Source: an uncultured Spirochaetota bacterium (GTDB lineage Bacteria; Spirochaetota; Spirochaetia; SZUA-6; Fen-1364). Taken from it: a stretch of 64,000 bases of DNA. The stretch is from contig CAWJSK010000015.1 of NCBI GenBank assembly GCA_963845535.1, forward strand, positions 288,001 to 352,000. Reading direction: 5' to 3'. Under the pieces are notes generated by a model that saw only the letters and a program-made list of their open reading frames with translations, had not been told where the DNA came from and did no database searches. This document shows, piece after piece, positions 50,533-60,537 of this stretch (position 1 is its first letter; every line of letters begins with the position of its first letter). The position numbers and the translations under genes are program-made.

Positions 50533-51972
50533 TCATAGCCGGGCCCAGGCGGCCCCGAGCTCGGCGGCGGCGGAACGACCGCGCTCGTCCATCTCGGCAA
50601 CCGCCGCGTCGATCCGTGCCATCGCCGCCGCAACAGCACCGTACACGGATGCCATCCCATCTGGCGCGGGACCTCCCGGGGTCTTCCTCACCGCGACGAA
50701 GCGTTCGGGCTCCAGTGCTTCATCGATCTCCTGGTCCGAAAGGGGGAGCTCCTTGCCCACCATCTCCCTGAAGGCCTCTCGCAGCCGGGTCTTGTCGTAC
50801 CCCGAACGGACGAAAGCGGCGCAGGCATGATGCGCGCTTTGGAAGCTGATGCCGCAGGCACGGACCATGGTGTCCGCGAGCTCGGTCGTCGTCACCCCGA
50901 AGGTGAGCGCTATCTCACGGGTGCGCGGCTGGCTGGAAGCGACCTTGCTGACCGCCAGCTCCAGGAGTGCCACGCAGGAGCGCGCCTGGGAAAGCGACTC
51001 GAGGAACTCGCTCACCGGAGCGTCCGCTGCCTCGTTCACGTCCTGGTAGGGAACGTTCCGGAAGAGACGCACGATCGAATCGCAGGCTCCCGCCGCGAGC
51101 CCCGCCTGGATGCGTATGTGCTCGAGGATCACCGGGTTTCGCTTTTGCGGCATGATGCTGCTTGTCTGCACAAGATCGTCGGGGAACACGAGGAGCCCCA
51201 CTTCGGCGGCTGCCTTGTGAAGCATATCGGTGACAAGGCGCCCGGTGTCGGAGAGGATGAGCTGCAGCGCCTGGGCGGGAGTGGTCAGCCAATGCGATGT
51301 CGCGATGGCCTGGTAGCTGTTGGGGACGGGAGAGCTGAAACCCAGGAGATGAGAGGTACGGTCACGGTCGATGGCGAACCCCGTGGCGGTGATCGCGCAG
51401 GCCCCGAGGGGGCAGTGGTCGGTGGATCCCATGGCCGTGACGAGGGACTCGGTCCCTTCCAGGAAATCGAGGAGGAACGCGCTCAGGTAGTGGGCCATCG
51501 TCGAGACGTTGGCGGGCTGCCCGTGCGTGGAGAGGATGGTGAGCTCACTCTCGCCGGCGCGAGCGCGCTGAAGGATTGTCCTTGCACAAGAGGCCAGGTG
51601 GCCCACGAGATCGCGGAGTTCGCGCTTCAGGGCGAGCCTGAAGACAGTGGTGTCCATGTCGTTTCGGCTGCGCGCCGTGTGCAGAGAAGCGGCGCTCCCC
51701 GCCCCGTGACGATCGAGCTCCTTCTCGTAGAAGAAGGAAAGGTCTTCCAATCCCTCGGGGATGTGATCCGGGAATGCTGTGCCAGCCTCGATACCGACCA
51801 TGGAGGCTTTTATCGCCGCCGCGGCCGTCCGGGACACGATGCCGGTCTCCTCGAGCATGATGAGGTGGGCCTTGTGCACGGCAAGCAGGTCGCCGTAGTA
51901 GAGCCTCTTCCAGTTCCGGTAGCCCGGGTCAAGGACGTGCTCGACGTAGACGCGCGAGAAAGTGACGCTCAT
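50533..51972 (-). CDS. Argininosuccinate lyase-like C-N lyase (fumarase/aspartase superfamily)
   Basis: LHTARSRND, THGQPA, SSIMPQKRNP; true start MSVTFS at 51972. Confidence 0.88.
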   Translation of the reverse strand: MSVTFSRVYVEHVLDPGYRNWKRLYYGDLLAVHKAHLIMLEETGIVSRTAAAAIKASMVGIEAGTAFPDHIPEGLEDLSFFYEKELDRHGAGSAASLHTARSRNDMDTTVFRLALKRELRDLVGHLASCARTILQRARAGESELTILSTHGQPANVSTMAHYLSAFLLDFLEGTESLVTAMGSTDHCPLGACAITATGFAIDRDRTSHLLGFSSPVPNSYQAIATSHWLTTPAQALQLILSDTGRLVTDMLHKAAAEVGLLVFPDDLVQTSSIMPQKRNPVILEHIRIQAGLAAGACDSIVRLFRNVPYQDVNEAADAPVSEFLESLSQARSCVALLELAVSKVASSQPRTREIALTFGVTTTELADTMVRACGISFQSAHHACAAFVRSGYDKTRLREAFREMVGKELPLSDQEIDEALEPERFVAVRKTPGGPAPDGMASVYGAVAAAMARIDAAVAEMDERGRSAAAELGAAWARL

Positions 51973-51977
51973 AGACA

Positions 51978-52811
51978 CTACCCCTTCAGCCCGGTGAGTG
52001 CGATGCCTTTGACGATCTGTTTCTGGAAAATCAGGAAAACGATGACCAGGGGCAGCATGGAGACCGTGGCGGCGGTCATGATGGACTGCCAGTTGCTGCC
52101 TGCCTCGCCGGAGAAGTTGGCGAGCCCGACGGGGAGGGTGAACATACGCGGCGTTGCCGCCGCTATCAGGGGCCAGAGGAAGGCGTTCCAGTTGCCGATG
52201 AAGTTGAAGATCGCGAGGATCGCGAGGGCCGGCGTTACAAGGGGGAGGACGACGGTGAAGAAGATCCGCAGCTCCCCCTTCCCGTCGACCCGCGCCGCGT
52301 CGATGAGGTCGTCCGGCATCGTCCCCATGAACTGGCGCATCAGGAAGACGCCGAAGGCACTGATCATGCCCGGAAACATGATGCCCCAGTAGCTGTTGAC
52401 CCACTTCAGTGCCCTGGCCAGCGCGTACCAGGGGATCACGAGCATCTCGGTCGGGATCATGAGCGTGCTGATGATGAGGAGGAAGATGACCCGTTTGCCG
52501 GGAAACCGAAACTTGGCGAGGGTGTAACCGATGAGCGAATCGAAGAGCAGCACGGACACCGTCGTGGCCACCCCGACAATCGCGCTGTTGAGAAACCATT
52601 GGGGGAAGCGGGAGCTTCGGGACAGGACGATGGAGACGTAGTTGTCGAGGGTAGGGTGTGCGGGGAAGAGCGTCATTTCGTAGATCTGCGTCGCGTCCTT
52701 GAAGCTCGACAGGAGCATCCAGAGGAAGGGGAAGAGCATGATCACCGAGAGGAGCGACAATACCACGTAGGCTGGGGCAACAGCTGGTGTGCGTCCCTTC
52801 ATTACTGCCAC
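51978..52811 (-). CDS. Carbohydrate-type ABC transporter permease
   Basis: DAARVDG loop, FIGNWNAFLWP. Confidence 0.93.
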   Translation of the reverse strand: MAVMKGRTPAVAPAYVVLSLLSVIMLFPFLWMLLSSFKDATQIYEMTLFPAHPTLDNYVSIVLSRSSRFPQWFLNSAIVGVATTVSVLLFDSLIGYTLAKFRFPGKRVIFLLIISTLMIPTEMLVIPWYALARALKWVNSYWGIMFPGMISAFGVFLMRQFMGTMPDDLIDAARVDGKGELRIFFTVVLPLVTPALAILAIFNFIGNWNAFLWPLIAAATPRMFTLPVGLANFSGEAGSNWQSIMTAATVSMLPLVIVFLIFQKQIVKGIALTGLKG

Positions 52812-53698
52812 TAGTAGTCAAGCCTCGTGTCGAAGAACCTCAGCTGGACAATGGTAACGGCAAGAATGATCACGAACAGCACCAGGCTCGCGCTCGCTGC
52901 CGCGCCCATGTCGAAGTTGGTGAACGCCTTCTGGTAGATATAGAGCGCAGCGGACTTGGTGGAATCCAGCGGTCCTCCCAACGCCTGGTACGACATGTTG
53001 TAGACCTGGGTGAATATCCGCAGGAACTGTATTCCCTCCACCACGACGAGCAGAAGCGTCACCGGCAGGAGAAGGGGAAGAGTGACCCCGCGCAGGAGTT
53101 GCCACCCCGAGGCGCCGTCCATGCGGGCGGCCTCCATGATGCTGGGCGGGATGGTCTGAAGTCCCGCGAGGAAGACGATCGTGCAATAGCCGAGCTCGAT
53201 CCAGACGTTCACGGCAAGGATGGACGGAAGGGCTTGCGTGGGGCTGTTGAGGAACTCCTGGGCGTGGAGCCCCACGGAAACGAGGAGCGCGTTGATAATG
53301 CCAAGGGGGGGCGACTGGAACATCCATCGCCATACCCATGCCACGGCCACCACGGGTGTGATGTAGGGGAGGACATAGATCAATCGATAAATGCCCTTGC
53401 CCCTCGGTACGCGGTCCAGGATGAGGGCAATGCACAAGCTGAGGACGATGACCGCCGGCGCGCCGAAGACCGCGTATTTCGCGGTGTTGACCAGGGATTT
53501 CAGGAAGACCGGATCGGCAAAGATCGACGCGTAGTTGGCCAGCCCCACGACGTGGACCGTCTTGCGCAGGAGGCCCCAGTCCGTGAAGCTCATGGCGATC
53601 ATGTAGAGCATGGGCCCGAAGCGCACGCCCACGAAGAACACGAGCGGTATGCCCAGGAAGGCGTACGCAATTGCCGCGCGTCGGGCCGTGAGTGTCAC
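52811..53698 (-). CDS. Carbohydrate-type ABC transporter permease
   Basis: FLAGLQTIP...EAARMDGA. Confidence 0.93.
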   Translation of the reverse strand: MTLTARRAAIAYAFLGIPLVFFVGVRFGPMLYMIAMSFTDWGLLRKTVHVVGLANYASIFADPVFLKSLVNTAKYAVFGAPAVIVLSLCIALILDRVPRGKGIYRLIYVLPYITPVVAVAWVWRWMFQSPPLGIINALLVSVGLHAQEFLNSPTQALPSILAVNVWIELGYCTIVFLAGLQTIPPSIMEAARMDGASGWQLLRGVTLPLLLPVTLLLVVVEGIQFLRIFTQVYNMSYQALGGPLDSTKSAALYIYQKAFTNFDMGAAASASLVLFVIILAVTIVQLRFFDTRLDY

Positions 53699-53705
53699 GC
53701 GTCCC

Positions 53706-54959
53706 CTACTTCCAGAAGTCGTCGATGAGCTTCTGCTCCTTCGCGGCAGCGGCATTGAGGACCGCGGCGGGATCTGCCTTCTTGAGATTCACCTCGTCCA
53801 CCGCGTCGTCGAGGATTTGGCGCTGTCCTGCCTCGTCCACGTAGGAGGTGGCGTGGGCGTACGCAAGTCCCTTCAGGAACACGCTGATCACCGGGTCATT
53901 CTGGTAACGGGCCGAGAGGCTCGGGGTGGCCGGGAGCTCGCCCACCTTTTTCAGCCACTGGTCCTGGACCTCGGGTGAGGTAAGGAAGGCGAGGAACTTG
54001 ACCGCGGCGTCCAGCTTCGCTCCGGAGACGCCGCTCACAATTGCGTTCGTCCAGAAGGAGGCGAAGTTCGACTTGATGCCCTTGTAGGTGGGAAGCTCCG
54101 CGGCTCCCCACTCGAGGTTCTTGACTGCATTCAAGGTGGCGATGCGGAAGGATCCGTCGATGTTCATAGCTGCCTTCTGGGCAGTGAACGCGGTGGGGTC
54201 GTCAGTGGAGAAGTTCGGGTAGCCCACCTTGTCCTTCGTGATCCTGTCCATGTACCACTGGAACGCCCGGATGCCCGCCGGCGAGTTGTAGGTCACTTTC
54301 CGGCCGTCCGCGCTGTAGGGGGTCGCCCCGAACTGCCGGAAGAGAACCTCCCTGATCCAGACGTGTCCCTGGCCACTGGGCTGCATGAGGAGCCCGGACT
54401 GCACCAGGTTGCCCTGCGCGTCGTACTTGGAAAGCTTCTTCGCGTCCGCCAGGAGCTCGTCGAGGGTCCTGGGCGGGACGTTCGGATCGAGCCCCCCCTC
54501 CCTGAAGAGCCTCTTGTTGTAGATGAGGGCGAGGGTCCGTACCGCCGTCGGCACGGAATAGATCTTTCCGCCGAAGCTCACCGACTGGGCAACGAAGGGA
54601 TAGAAGGTCTTTGCGAGGTACGCGGTGCTGAAAGCGGATTCCGGAAGCGCCAACAAGTAGCCGGATTTGACCCAGAGGGGGAGCCACCCGTAGTAGAGAT
54701 TGATCACATCCGGCCCTTCACCGGCCGGAACGGCTGCCGCCACCTTCTGCAGGTAGCTCTCGTAGGGGAATGTCACCTGCTCGACATGGATGCCGGGGTT
54801 CCTGGCCTCGAACTGCCGGATGAGGTCGCTCATCAGGTCGACCTTGGACTGGTAGAAGTACTGCCAGTAGGTGATGGTGACGTCCGCGGCCTGGCCTGCG
54901 ATCGCTGCCCCAAGAAACAGCGCAAGAGAGACAATGACACCGATTCGCGTCCTCTTCAT
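53706..54959 (-). CDS. ABC transporter substrate-binding protein (family 1)
   Basis: Signal peptide, GEGPDV, YNKRLF, KAAMNIDGSF. Confidence 0.92.
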   Translation of the reverse strand: MKRTRIGVIVSLALFLGAAIAGQAADVTITYWQYFYQSKVDLMSDLIRQFEARNPGIHVEQVTFPYESYLQKVAAAVPAGEGPDVINLYYGWLPLWVKSGYLLALPESAFSTAYLAKTFYPFVAQSVSFGGKIYSVPTAVRTLALIYNKRLFREGGLDPNVPPRTLDELLADAKKLSKYDAQGNLVQSGLLMQPSGQGHVWIREVLFRQFGATPYSADGRKVTYNSPAGIRAFQWYMDRITKDKVGYPNFSTDDPTAFTAQKAAMNIDGSFRIATLNAVKNLEWGAAELPTYKGIKSNFASFWTNAIVSGVSGAKLDAAVKFLAFLTSPEVQDQWLKKVGELPATPSLSARYQNDPVISVFLKGLAYAHATSYVDEAGQRQILDDAVDEVNLKKADPAAVLNAAAAKEQKLIDDFWK

Positions 54960-55184
54960 GGAGTTCCTCCCGCCCCCGCTAAGGTACCGCTCCGACGCCG
55001 ACTGTGCAAAGGCACCCCGTTGCGGTAATGGAGGGGGATCGCGACGGTCTTTCTGGGGGTAGGAATCCCTCGCCAGGGTGCCGGTTCAAAACCTCGATGG
55101 CCGCCTGGGTCGCTCGACATGCTCGTCCAAAATCGGCAATCTCGAACACGAGCAGGTTGACAAGTTGGGAATCTCGCCTTCAGG

Positions 55185-55535
55185 AAAGGGACTGCCGGCC
55201 CTGCGAAGCTTTCGCTTTGAGATTGATGAGTACGAAGATGGGTATAGTAAGCTGCATTCGTTTCTAATCACTGAGTCCAACACGCCCGAGGCCGGAATGC
55301 TGGTTTGCCAACATGCTCTCTGCCATGGCTGTGGAGTTTCGCTAGAAAGCATCGTCACCGACATGTTGAAAGACAAGGTCAGAAACAGGGCTCTATCGAA
55401 AAAGTGCGGAGGGAAACTGACTTCTCCGAAAGGCCGAAGAGCACACGGGTTATGCAACCGATCGTTTGAGATCAAGGTTCATCTCGATCTCAAGCCAAAA
55501 TCCAGCTTTCCCGGTTGACCTATCGCTTCCTGCTT
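55185..55535 (+). repeat. 351-bp direct repeat, copy 2
   Basis: Offset 11130 bp from copy 1; right end coincides with truncation of the integrase. Confidence 0.95.
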
Positions 55536-56522
55536 TGCCGATGTCCGACAACCTTCATCAGCTTCGCAGAATCGATTCTGCCTTTCATGACAGAGTTGAA
55601 GGTGTGCCTCAAGGAATGCCAGACGAGAACTCGCTTGCGCATGATCTCGTCAGTGATCCCGATGGCTGCCAACGCGGAATTAAAGCGGGCCTCCAGGTCT
55701 TCACTGGCAACGCGCGATGGTATCGGAACAATCCGCTCTGAGCCCCACTGGGGCGCCACGAAGGCCATTTCGTTCCTCCCATGATCCGCAGACGGTAGCG
55801 TATTCTGAATGGACATCCTGATTCCGAAGCTCGCGGACTTCCCCTTGACGGAGTCCGGTCGCTACTCCAAGCAGCGCGGCGACGAAGAAGACTCGTTCGC
55901 CTTTCCAGATTGATGAGAGCGCGTCTTTGTTGAAGAGTACGCTGATCTCTTCTGGAGTGATGATCCCCCTGACCTTGTACTTCTCCGTGAACGACTCCAC
56001 GCCCACGGCCGGGTCGGCGTTCACTATCCGGGCCGGAGCGCCTCCTTCATCATCACCTTCATGCAGTCTATGACGCGATTAACAGTTGCCGAGACAAGCC
56101 CAGACTCCTTGTAGAGCCCCATAATCCAAGACTCAATTTGGTGGCGATGGATGCGGCCAATCGGCTGTCCCTAGAAATGAGGGAGGATCCACTTCTCAAC
56201 CTGTCCTGCTCGGACCTGTGCGAAAATCTTTTGAGAAGTGGACTCCTCGGGCAAGCTTCCGCTGGATGTACTCGTCTTGGTAGTCCCAGAACCTCTCTGC
56301 GAAAGTTTCGAAAGGCGTTCGTCGCTTGCCGGGGAGAACGATCTTTCCTTCTTTCAACTTCTGGTCGGCCCAGTTGCGAGCAGCGGCCTTGGAGAACTGG
56401 AGCGTTGAGATTGGCGACATGTAGTTGCCATTCTCATCTCGGAATCGGCAGTAGTAGATGAACGTGTGCTGTCTGGCGGTGGGACGTTTGAACAGGGAGT
56501 AGGGACGCTTTGGCTTCTCCAT
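55536..56522 (-). pseudogene. tRNA-associated tyrosine integrase, fragmented and C-terminally truncated
   Basis: MEKPKRPYSLFKR...YYCRFRD, TGLRQGEV, HSLRHTF, VGH in at least three frames; no catalytic Tyr after GH. Confidence 0.88.
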
Positions 56523-56556
56523 GGAGCACCTCTAAGCTGACACGTCCGTGAAATAA

Positions 56557-56639
56557 TGTCACAGATAGTGTCACAGTTGATGCGTTCATGGAGGTCCGTT
56601 TTCGGTCCCTCCCGCAAGTCATTACAAAGTAATGACTTG
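56557..56639. other. Att-flank structure: TGTCACAG direct pair and 11-bp perfect inverted repeat
   Basis: TGTCACAG at 56557 and 56569; CAAGTCATTAC-AAA-GTAATGACTTG at 56615-56639, just past the tRNA 3' end. Confidence 0.5.
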
Positions 56640-56642
56640 TGA

Positions 56643-56727
56643 TGCTGCGGACTGGACTTGAACCAGCACACCCTTTCGGGCACTAGCCCCTCAAGCTAGC
56701 GTGTCTACCAAATTCCACCACCGCAGC
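56643..56727 (-). tRNA. tRNA-Leu(GAG)
   Basis: GCTGCGG/CCGCAGC acceptor stem, anticodon arm CTAGC-TTGAGGG-GCTAG, long variable arm, GGTTCAAGTCC; CCA not encoded. Confidence 0.96.
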
Positions 56728-56809
56728 GTGTAGCGCGATAGTAGCGTGTTCGCTCGAAAAGTGTCAAGAACAGCCGTTTGCACATGATTCCCACCCACCG
56801 TATATTGGG

Positions 56810-58024
56810 TTGGTGGCCACGACAGAAACCGCGCATCCTTCGCTCCCGCCTCCCATCTTGATAGAGGGAGGCGATGTCGTCCTGCCCGACCGGCTCATTC
56901 GAAAGGGCGCGGTCCTCATCCTGGACGGGAAGATACACGCGGTGGGCACGGCGGACAGGATTGCCGCGGAGCTTCCGGACGGCTGCCGGCGGGTCGATGC
57001 CAGGGGCTCTCTGATCTCCCCGAGTCTCTGGGAAGTTCACATCCACGGGTGCGGCGGCGTGAGCATGGAGAAGATGACCCTGGATTCCCTGTCTCGCATG
57101 GGCCGCTTCCTTGCCGCTCGGGGGGTCGGGGCCTTCCTTCCGACCACTGTGGCAGACGAGAGCATGCTCTCGGACCTGGCTGCAGCCCTGGAGGCGGGCA
57201 GCCGCGCCCCTGGCCTTCAAGGGCGGGCTCTCGGCATTCACGTTGAAGGGCCTTTTGTGGCTCCCGTCCGCAAAGGGGGGATTCCTGAAGAGCTTGTGCG
57301 AAAACCTTCTATAGAATACTTTCATGCGCTGGTTGAAACGGCGCGGCATCGAATCAAGGTGATGACGTTCGCGCCTGAGTTGGCCGGCGCCTCTGAGCTG
57401 TTCGGCGCCATAACATCCCTGGGGATTCTGCCTTCCCTGGGCCATTCCGACGCCAGGCTCGAGGACCTCGAAGCATATGAGAACATCACTCCGCTCGGAG
57501 TCACGCACCTCTTCAACGGAATGAGCGGGATCTCCCACAAGGACCCCGGGCTGGCTCAGTGGGCCATCCTCAATAAAACGGTCTTCACGGAGCTGAACTG
57601 CGATGGGACCCACGTGCATGATGCAGCCGTGCAGCTTGCCCTGCGCACTCGTCCCTGGCAGCGGATGATCGTCATCTCAGACGCATTCACGCCGGCTGGA
57701 TTGGAAGACGGCGAAGCTTCTGACCTCACCGTTTATGGGAAACCCGTGGTGGCGCGGGAAAACGGCGTCTACTACACGGACTCTGGAGTGTTGGTTGGGT
57801 CCCGGAGGCTTGTGAACGATGGGATTGCGCGCCTGGTGTCCCGATTCAGCGTTCCGCTCCCTTGGGCAGTCGCCATGGCTTCGCTGAATCCAGCGCGTCA
57901 CCTCGGGTTTCTCGAAAAGGGCGCGTTGCTTCCCGGCTATGACGCTGACGTGGCGGTCTTGAGCCGGGATTTCCGCTCATGCTCGTTCCTGGCATGGGAG
58001 GGCTGGCCGATTTTCGAGGAATAG
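56810..58024 (+). CDS. nagA: N-acetylglucosamine-6-phosphate deacetylase
   Basis: HIHGCGG, FLPT, GIHVEGPF, APE, GHS, THLFNGM, DGTHV, ISDA, NPA. Confidence 0.9.
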   Translation: MVATTETAHPSLPPPILIEGGDVVLPDRLIRKGAVLILDGKIHAVGTADRIAAELPDGCRRVDARGSLISPSLWEVHIHGCGGVSMEKMTLDSLSRMGRFLAARGVGAFLPTTVADESMLSDLAAALEAGSRAPGLQGRALGIHVEGPFVAPVRKGGIPEELVRKPSIEYFHALVETARHRIKVMTFAPELAGASELFGAITSLGILPSLGHSDARLEDLEAYENITPLGVTHLFNGMSGISHKDPGLAQWAILNKTVFTELNCDGTHVHDAAVQLALRTRPWQRMIVISDAFTPAGLEDGEASDLTVYGKPVVARENGVYYTDSGVLVGSRRLVNDGIARLVSRFSVPLPWAVAMASLNPARHLGFLEKGALLPGYDADVAVLSRDFRSCSFLAWEGWPIFEE

Positions 58025-58124
58025 GGGAACAACACCCCTTTTGACCTTGAGCGCTGCAATCCGCGCCCTTGCCATAGCTCGACGACCCTTGTAGTCTCTG
58101 TGCTACACAGAAAGACAACCACAA

Positions 58125-59441
58125 ATGACACAAAGAAACATCGTCATCATGGGCGCGGCGGGACGGGATTTCCACAACTTCAACTGCGTGTTCCGGACTT
58201 CGAAGGAGCACCGCGTCGTTGCATTCACCGCAACGCAGATCCCTGACATCGCGGGTCGATTGTATCCTCCCACGCTTGCCGGGCCGCTGTATCCCAGAGG
58301 GATTCCCATCATCCCTGAGTCTGGTCTTGAAGGGCTGTTCAGCAAAGAGCGGATCGACGAGGCGGTGTTTTCGTATTCCGACGTCTCCCACCAGCACGTG
58401 ATGGAACAGGCGTCCCGAGTGGTGGCCCTGGGGGCTGATTTCCGCCTCCTGGGCGCGCGCTCGGCCATGCTGCGCTCGAAAAAGCCCGTTGTGGCGGTCT
58501 GCGCCGTGCGCACGGGCAGCGGGAAGAGCCAGACCACGCGCAGGGTCGCTCGGATCCTGAAGGGCATGGGGCGCACGCCGGTGATCATCCGGCATCCTAT
58601 GCCTTATGGGGACCTGGCGGCACAGAAGGTGCAGCGGTTTGCCACCCTGGATGACATGAAAAGGCAGCAGTGCACCATCGAGGAGATGGAGGAATACGAG
58701 CCTCACATCACGGAAGGCTTCATCGTCTATGCCGGCGTCGACTACGGAGAGATCCTCCGTCAGGCGGAGGCGGAAGGGGACGTCATCCTCTGGGACGGCG
58801 GCAACAACGACCTGCCGTTCTACGTGCCTGACGTTTTCATCACGGTAGCTGACCCCCACAGGCCGGGACACGAGCTCTCCTACTATCCCGGCCGGATCAA
58901 CCTGATCATGGCGGACGTGGTGGTCATCAACAAGATCGACACGGCCGAACCGCAGGGCATCGAAAAAGTCCGCGCGAGCATCCGGGCGCTGAACCCTCGG
59001 GCTCAAGTGGTTGACGGCGCCTCACCCCTTTTCCTGGAGGGCGGGGAGCAGATACGCGGGAAGCGGGTCCTCGTGGTGGAGGACGGGCCCACGCTGACTC
59101 ACGGGGAGATGCGCTACGGATCAGGCACGGTGGCGGCAAAGGCCAACGGCGCGGCTGAGATCATCGACCCGCGTGAGTACGCCACGGGGAAAGTCCGTGA
59201 AACGTTCCTGAAGTACCCCGGCATTGGCGCACTTTTGCCGGCAGTCGGTTACGGTGACGAGCAGGTGAAGGACCTCGAGGACACTATCAGGCGCGTGCCG
59301 TGTGACCTCGTCATCATCGCCACCCCGGTGGACTTGACGCGGATCATCCGCATCGAAAAACCCATGGTGCGCGTGCGTTATGAGCTGAAAGAGGTGAGCA
59401 CGCCTGACCTGGAGCAGATACTGAAAGCGAGGCTGAAATGA
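58125..59441 (+). CDS. P-loop enzyme of the cyclic-2,3-DPG-synthetase-like/predicted GTPase family; candidate arginine synthetase
   Basis: MGAAGRDFHNFN, RTGSGKSQT, RHPMPYGDL, WDGGNND, EDGPTLTHG; ATGA-coupled to OTCase. Confidence 0.8.
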   Translation: MTQRNIVIMGAAGRDFHNFNCVFRTSKEHRVVAFTATQIPDIAGRLYPPTLAGPLYPRGIPIIPESGLEGLFSKERIDEAVFSYSDVSHQHVMEQASRVVALGADFRLLGARSAMLRSKKPVVAVCAVRTGSGKSQTTRRVARILKGMGRTPVIIRHPMPYGDLAAQKVQRFATLDDMKRQQCTIEEMEEYEPHITEGFIVYAGVDYGEILRQAEAEGDVILWDGGNNDLPFYVPDVFITVADPHRPGHELSYYPGRINLIMADVVVINKIDTAEPQGIEKVRASIRALNPRAQVVDGASPLFLEGGEQIRGKRVLVVEDGPTLTHGEMRYGSGTVAAKANGAAEIIDPREYATGKVRETFLKYPGIGALLPAVGYGDEQVKDLEDTIRRVPCDLVIIATPVDLTRIIRIEKPMVRVRYELKEVSTPDLEQILKARLK

Positions 59442-60376
59442 AGTCCACCCTGAAAGGCAGATCGCTTCTCACGCTCAAGGATTGGACGCCGGAAGAGGTG
59501 CGCCAGGTGCTGGACCTTTCCCACCAGGTGAAAAAGGAGCGCAAGGCCAGAAAGATGCTCCAGCGGTTCCAGGGCCGTACGATCGCGCTGCTCTTCGAGA
59601 AACGCTCCACGCGGACGCGTTGCGCTTTCGAGACGGCATTCGGGGAGGAGGGCGGGCACCCCGTGTTCCTCTCCACGGCGGACGTCCACCTCGGGGTCAA
59701 GGAAACCATAGAGGACACGGCGCGCGTACTGGGAAGGATGTTTGACGCCATCCAGTTCCGCGGCTTCAAGCAGTCAACCGTCGAAACGCTGGCACAATGG
59801 TCCGGCGTGCCCGTCTACAATGGCCTTACCGATGATTGGCATCCCACCCAGGTGCTCGCTGACCTCATGACCATGGAAGAGGTGTTCGGCACGCTGAAGG
59901 GAAGGAAGCTCGCGTTCGTTGGGGACGGAAGGAACAACGTCGCCAATACGCTTCTCATCGGCTGCGCTCAGATGGGCGTACACGTCTCCATCGTCGCTCC
60001 TCAGTCTCTCCTGCCTGCATCTGAGCACGTGGAATGGGCACGAGCGATGGGGAAGCGCACCGGCGCCGCGGTGCAGGTGAGCACGGAAGTCTCGGAAGGC
60101 GTCAAGGGCGCGGATGCAGTGTACACTGACGTGTGGGTGTCCATGGGTGAGGAGGGCAAGAGCGCGGATCGCGTTGCCGCTCTTTTCCCGTACCAGGTCA
60201 CCGAAGCGATGATGGCGAAGACGGGCAACAAGGATTCCATTTTCCTTCATTGTCTTCCCGCGGTCCGGGAGAAAGAGGTCACGGCGGACGTGATCGAAGG
60301 TCCGCGCTCCCGCGTCTGGGACGAGGCTGAGAACCGCAAGCACACCATCAAGGCGCTCATGCTGGCAACCCTGTAG
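59438..60376 (+). CDS. argF: Ornithine carbamoyltransferase
   Basis: STRTR, HPTQ, DVWVSMG, HCLP; anabolic versus catabolic role not determinable from sequence. Confidence 0.95.
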   Translation: MKSTLKGRSLLTLKDWTPEEVRQVLDLSHQVKKERKARKMLQRFQGRTIALLFEKRSTRTRCAFETAFGEEGGHPVFLSTADVHLGVKETIEDTARVLGRMFDAIQFRGFKQSTVETLAQWSGVPVYNGLTDDWHPTQVLADLMTMEEVFGTLKGRKLAFVGDGRNNVANTLLIGCAQMGVHVSIVAPQSLLPASEHVEWARAMGKRTGAAVQVSTEVSEGVKGADAVYTDVWVSMGEEGKSADRVAALFPYQVTEAMMAKTGNKDSIFLHCLPAVREKEVTADVIEGPRSRVWDEAENRKHTIKALMLATL

Positions 60377-60537
60377 GGTGCCTGCCCTGCGGACTTCTGC
60401 CGCGGAGGCTCCCCCGGGGCCCTGCTTGACCGCGCCTCCCGGATTCAACCACCCGGATTCACCCGCCCTTGCAACGGTCCTGAAAACCACTATGATATAT
60501 GGTGGCGACAGTCATGGGGTGGGTCAGGAGGCTTGGA

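Larger units (their letters stand above)
11630..56642. mobile_element. Mosaic accessory region / decayed genomic island ending at tRNA-Leu
   Basis: Visible GC drop after 11625, many IS remnants and pseudogenes, integrase remnant abutting the tRNA 3' end; left boundary approximate, no att duplicate found. Confidence 0.55.

Noticed and set aside
50827..52392. Long antisense ORFs (also 5390-6655, 9925-10980, 57846-59006 and others)
   Set aside because: Shadow ORFs typical of high-GC coding DNA, opposite well-supported genes and without motifs
51973..52821. N-terminal extension making a 762-aa lyase
   Set aside because: It is an alternative frame over the ABC permease; the lyase starts at 51972
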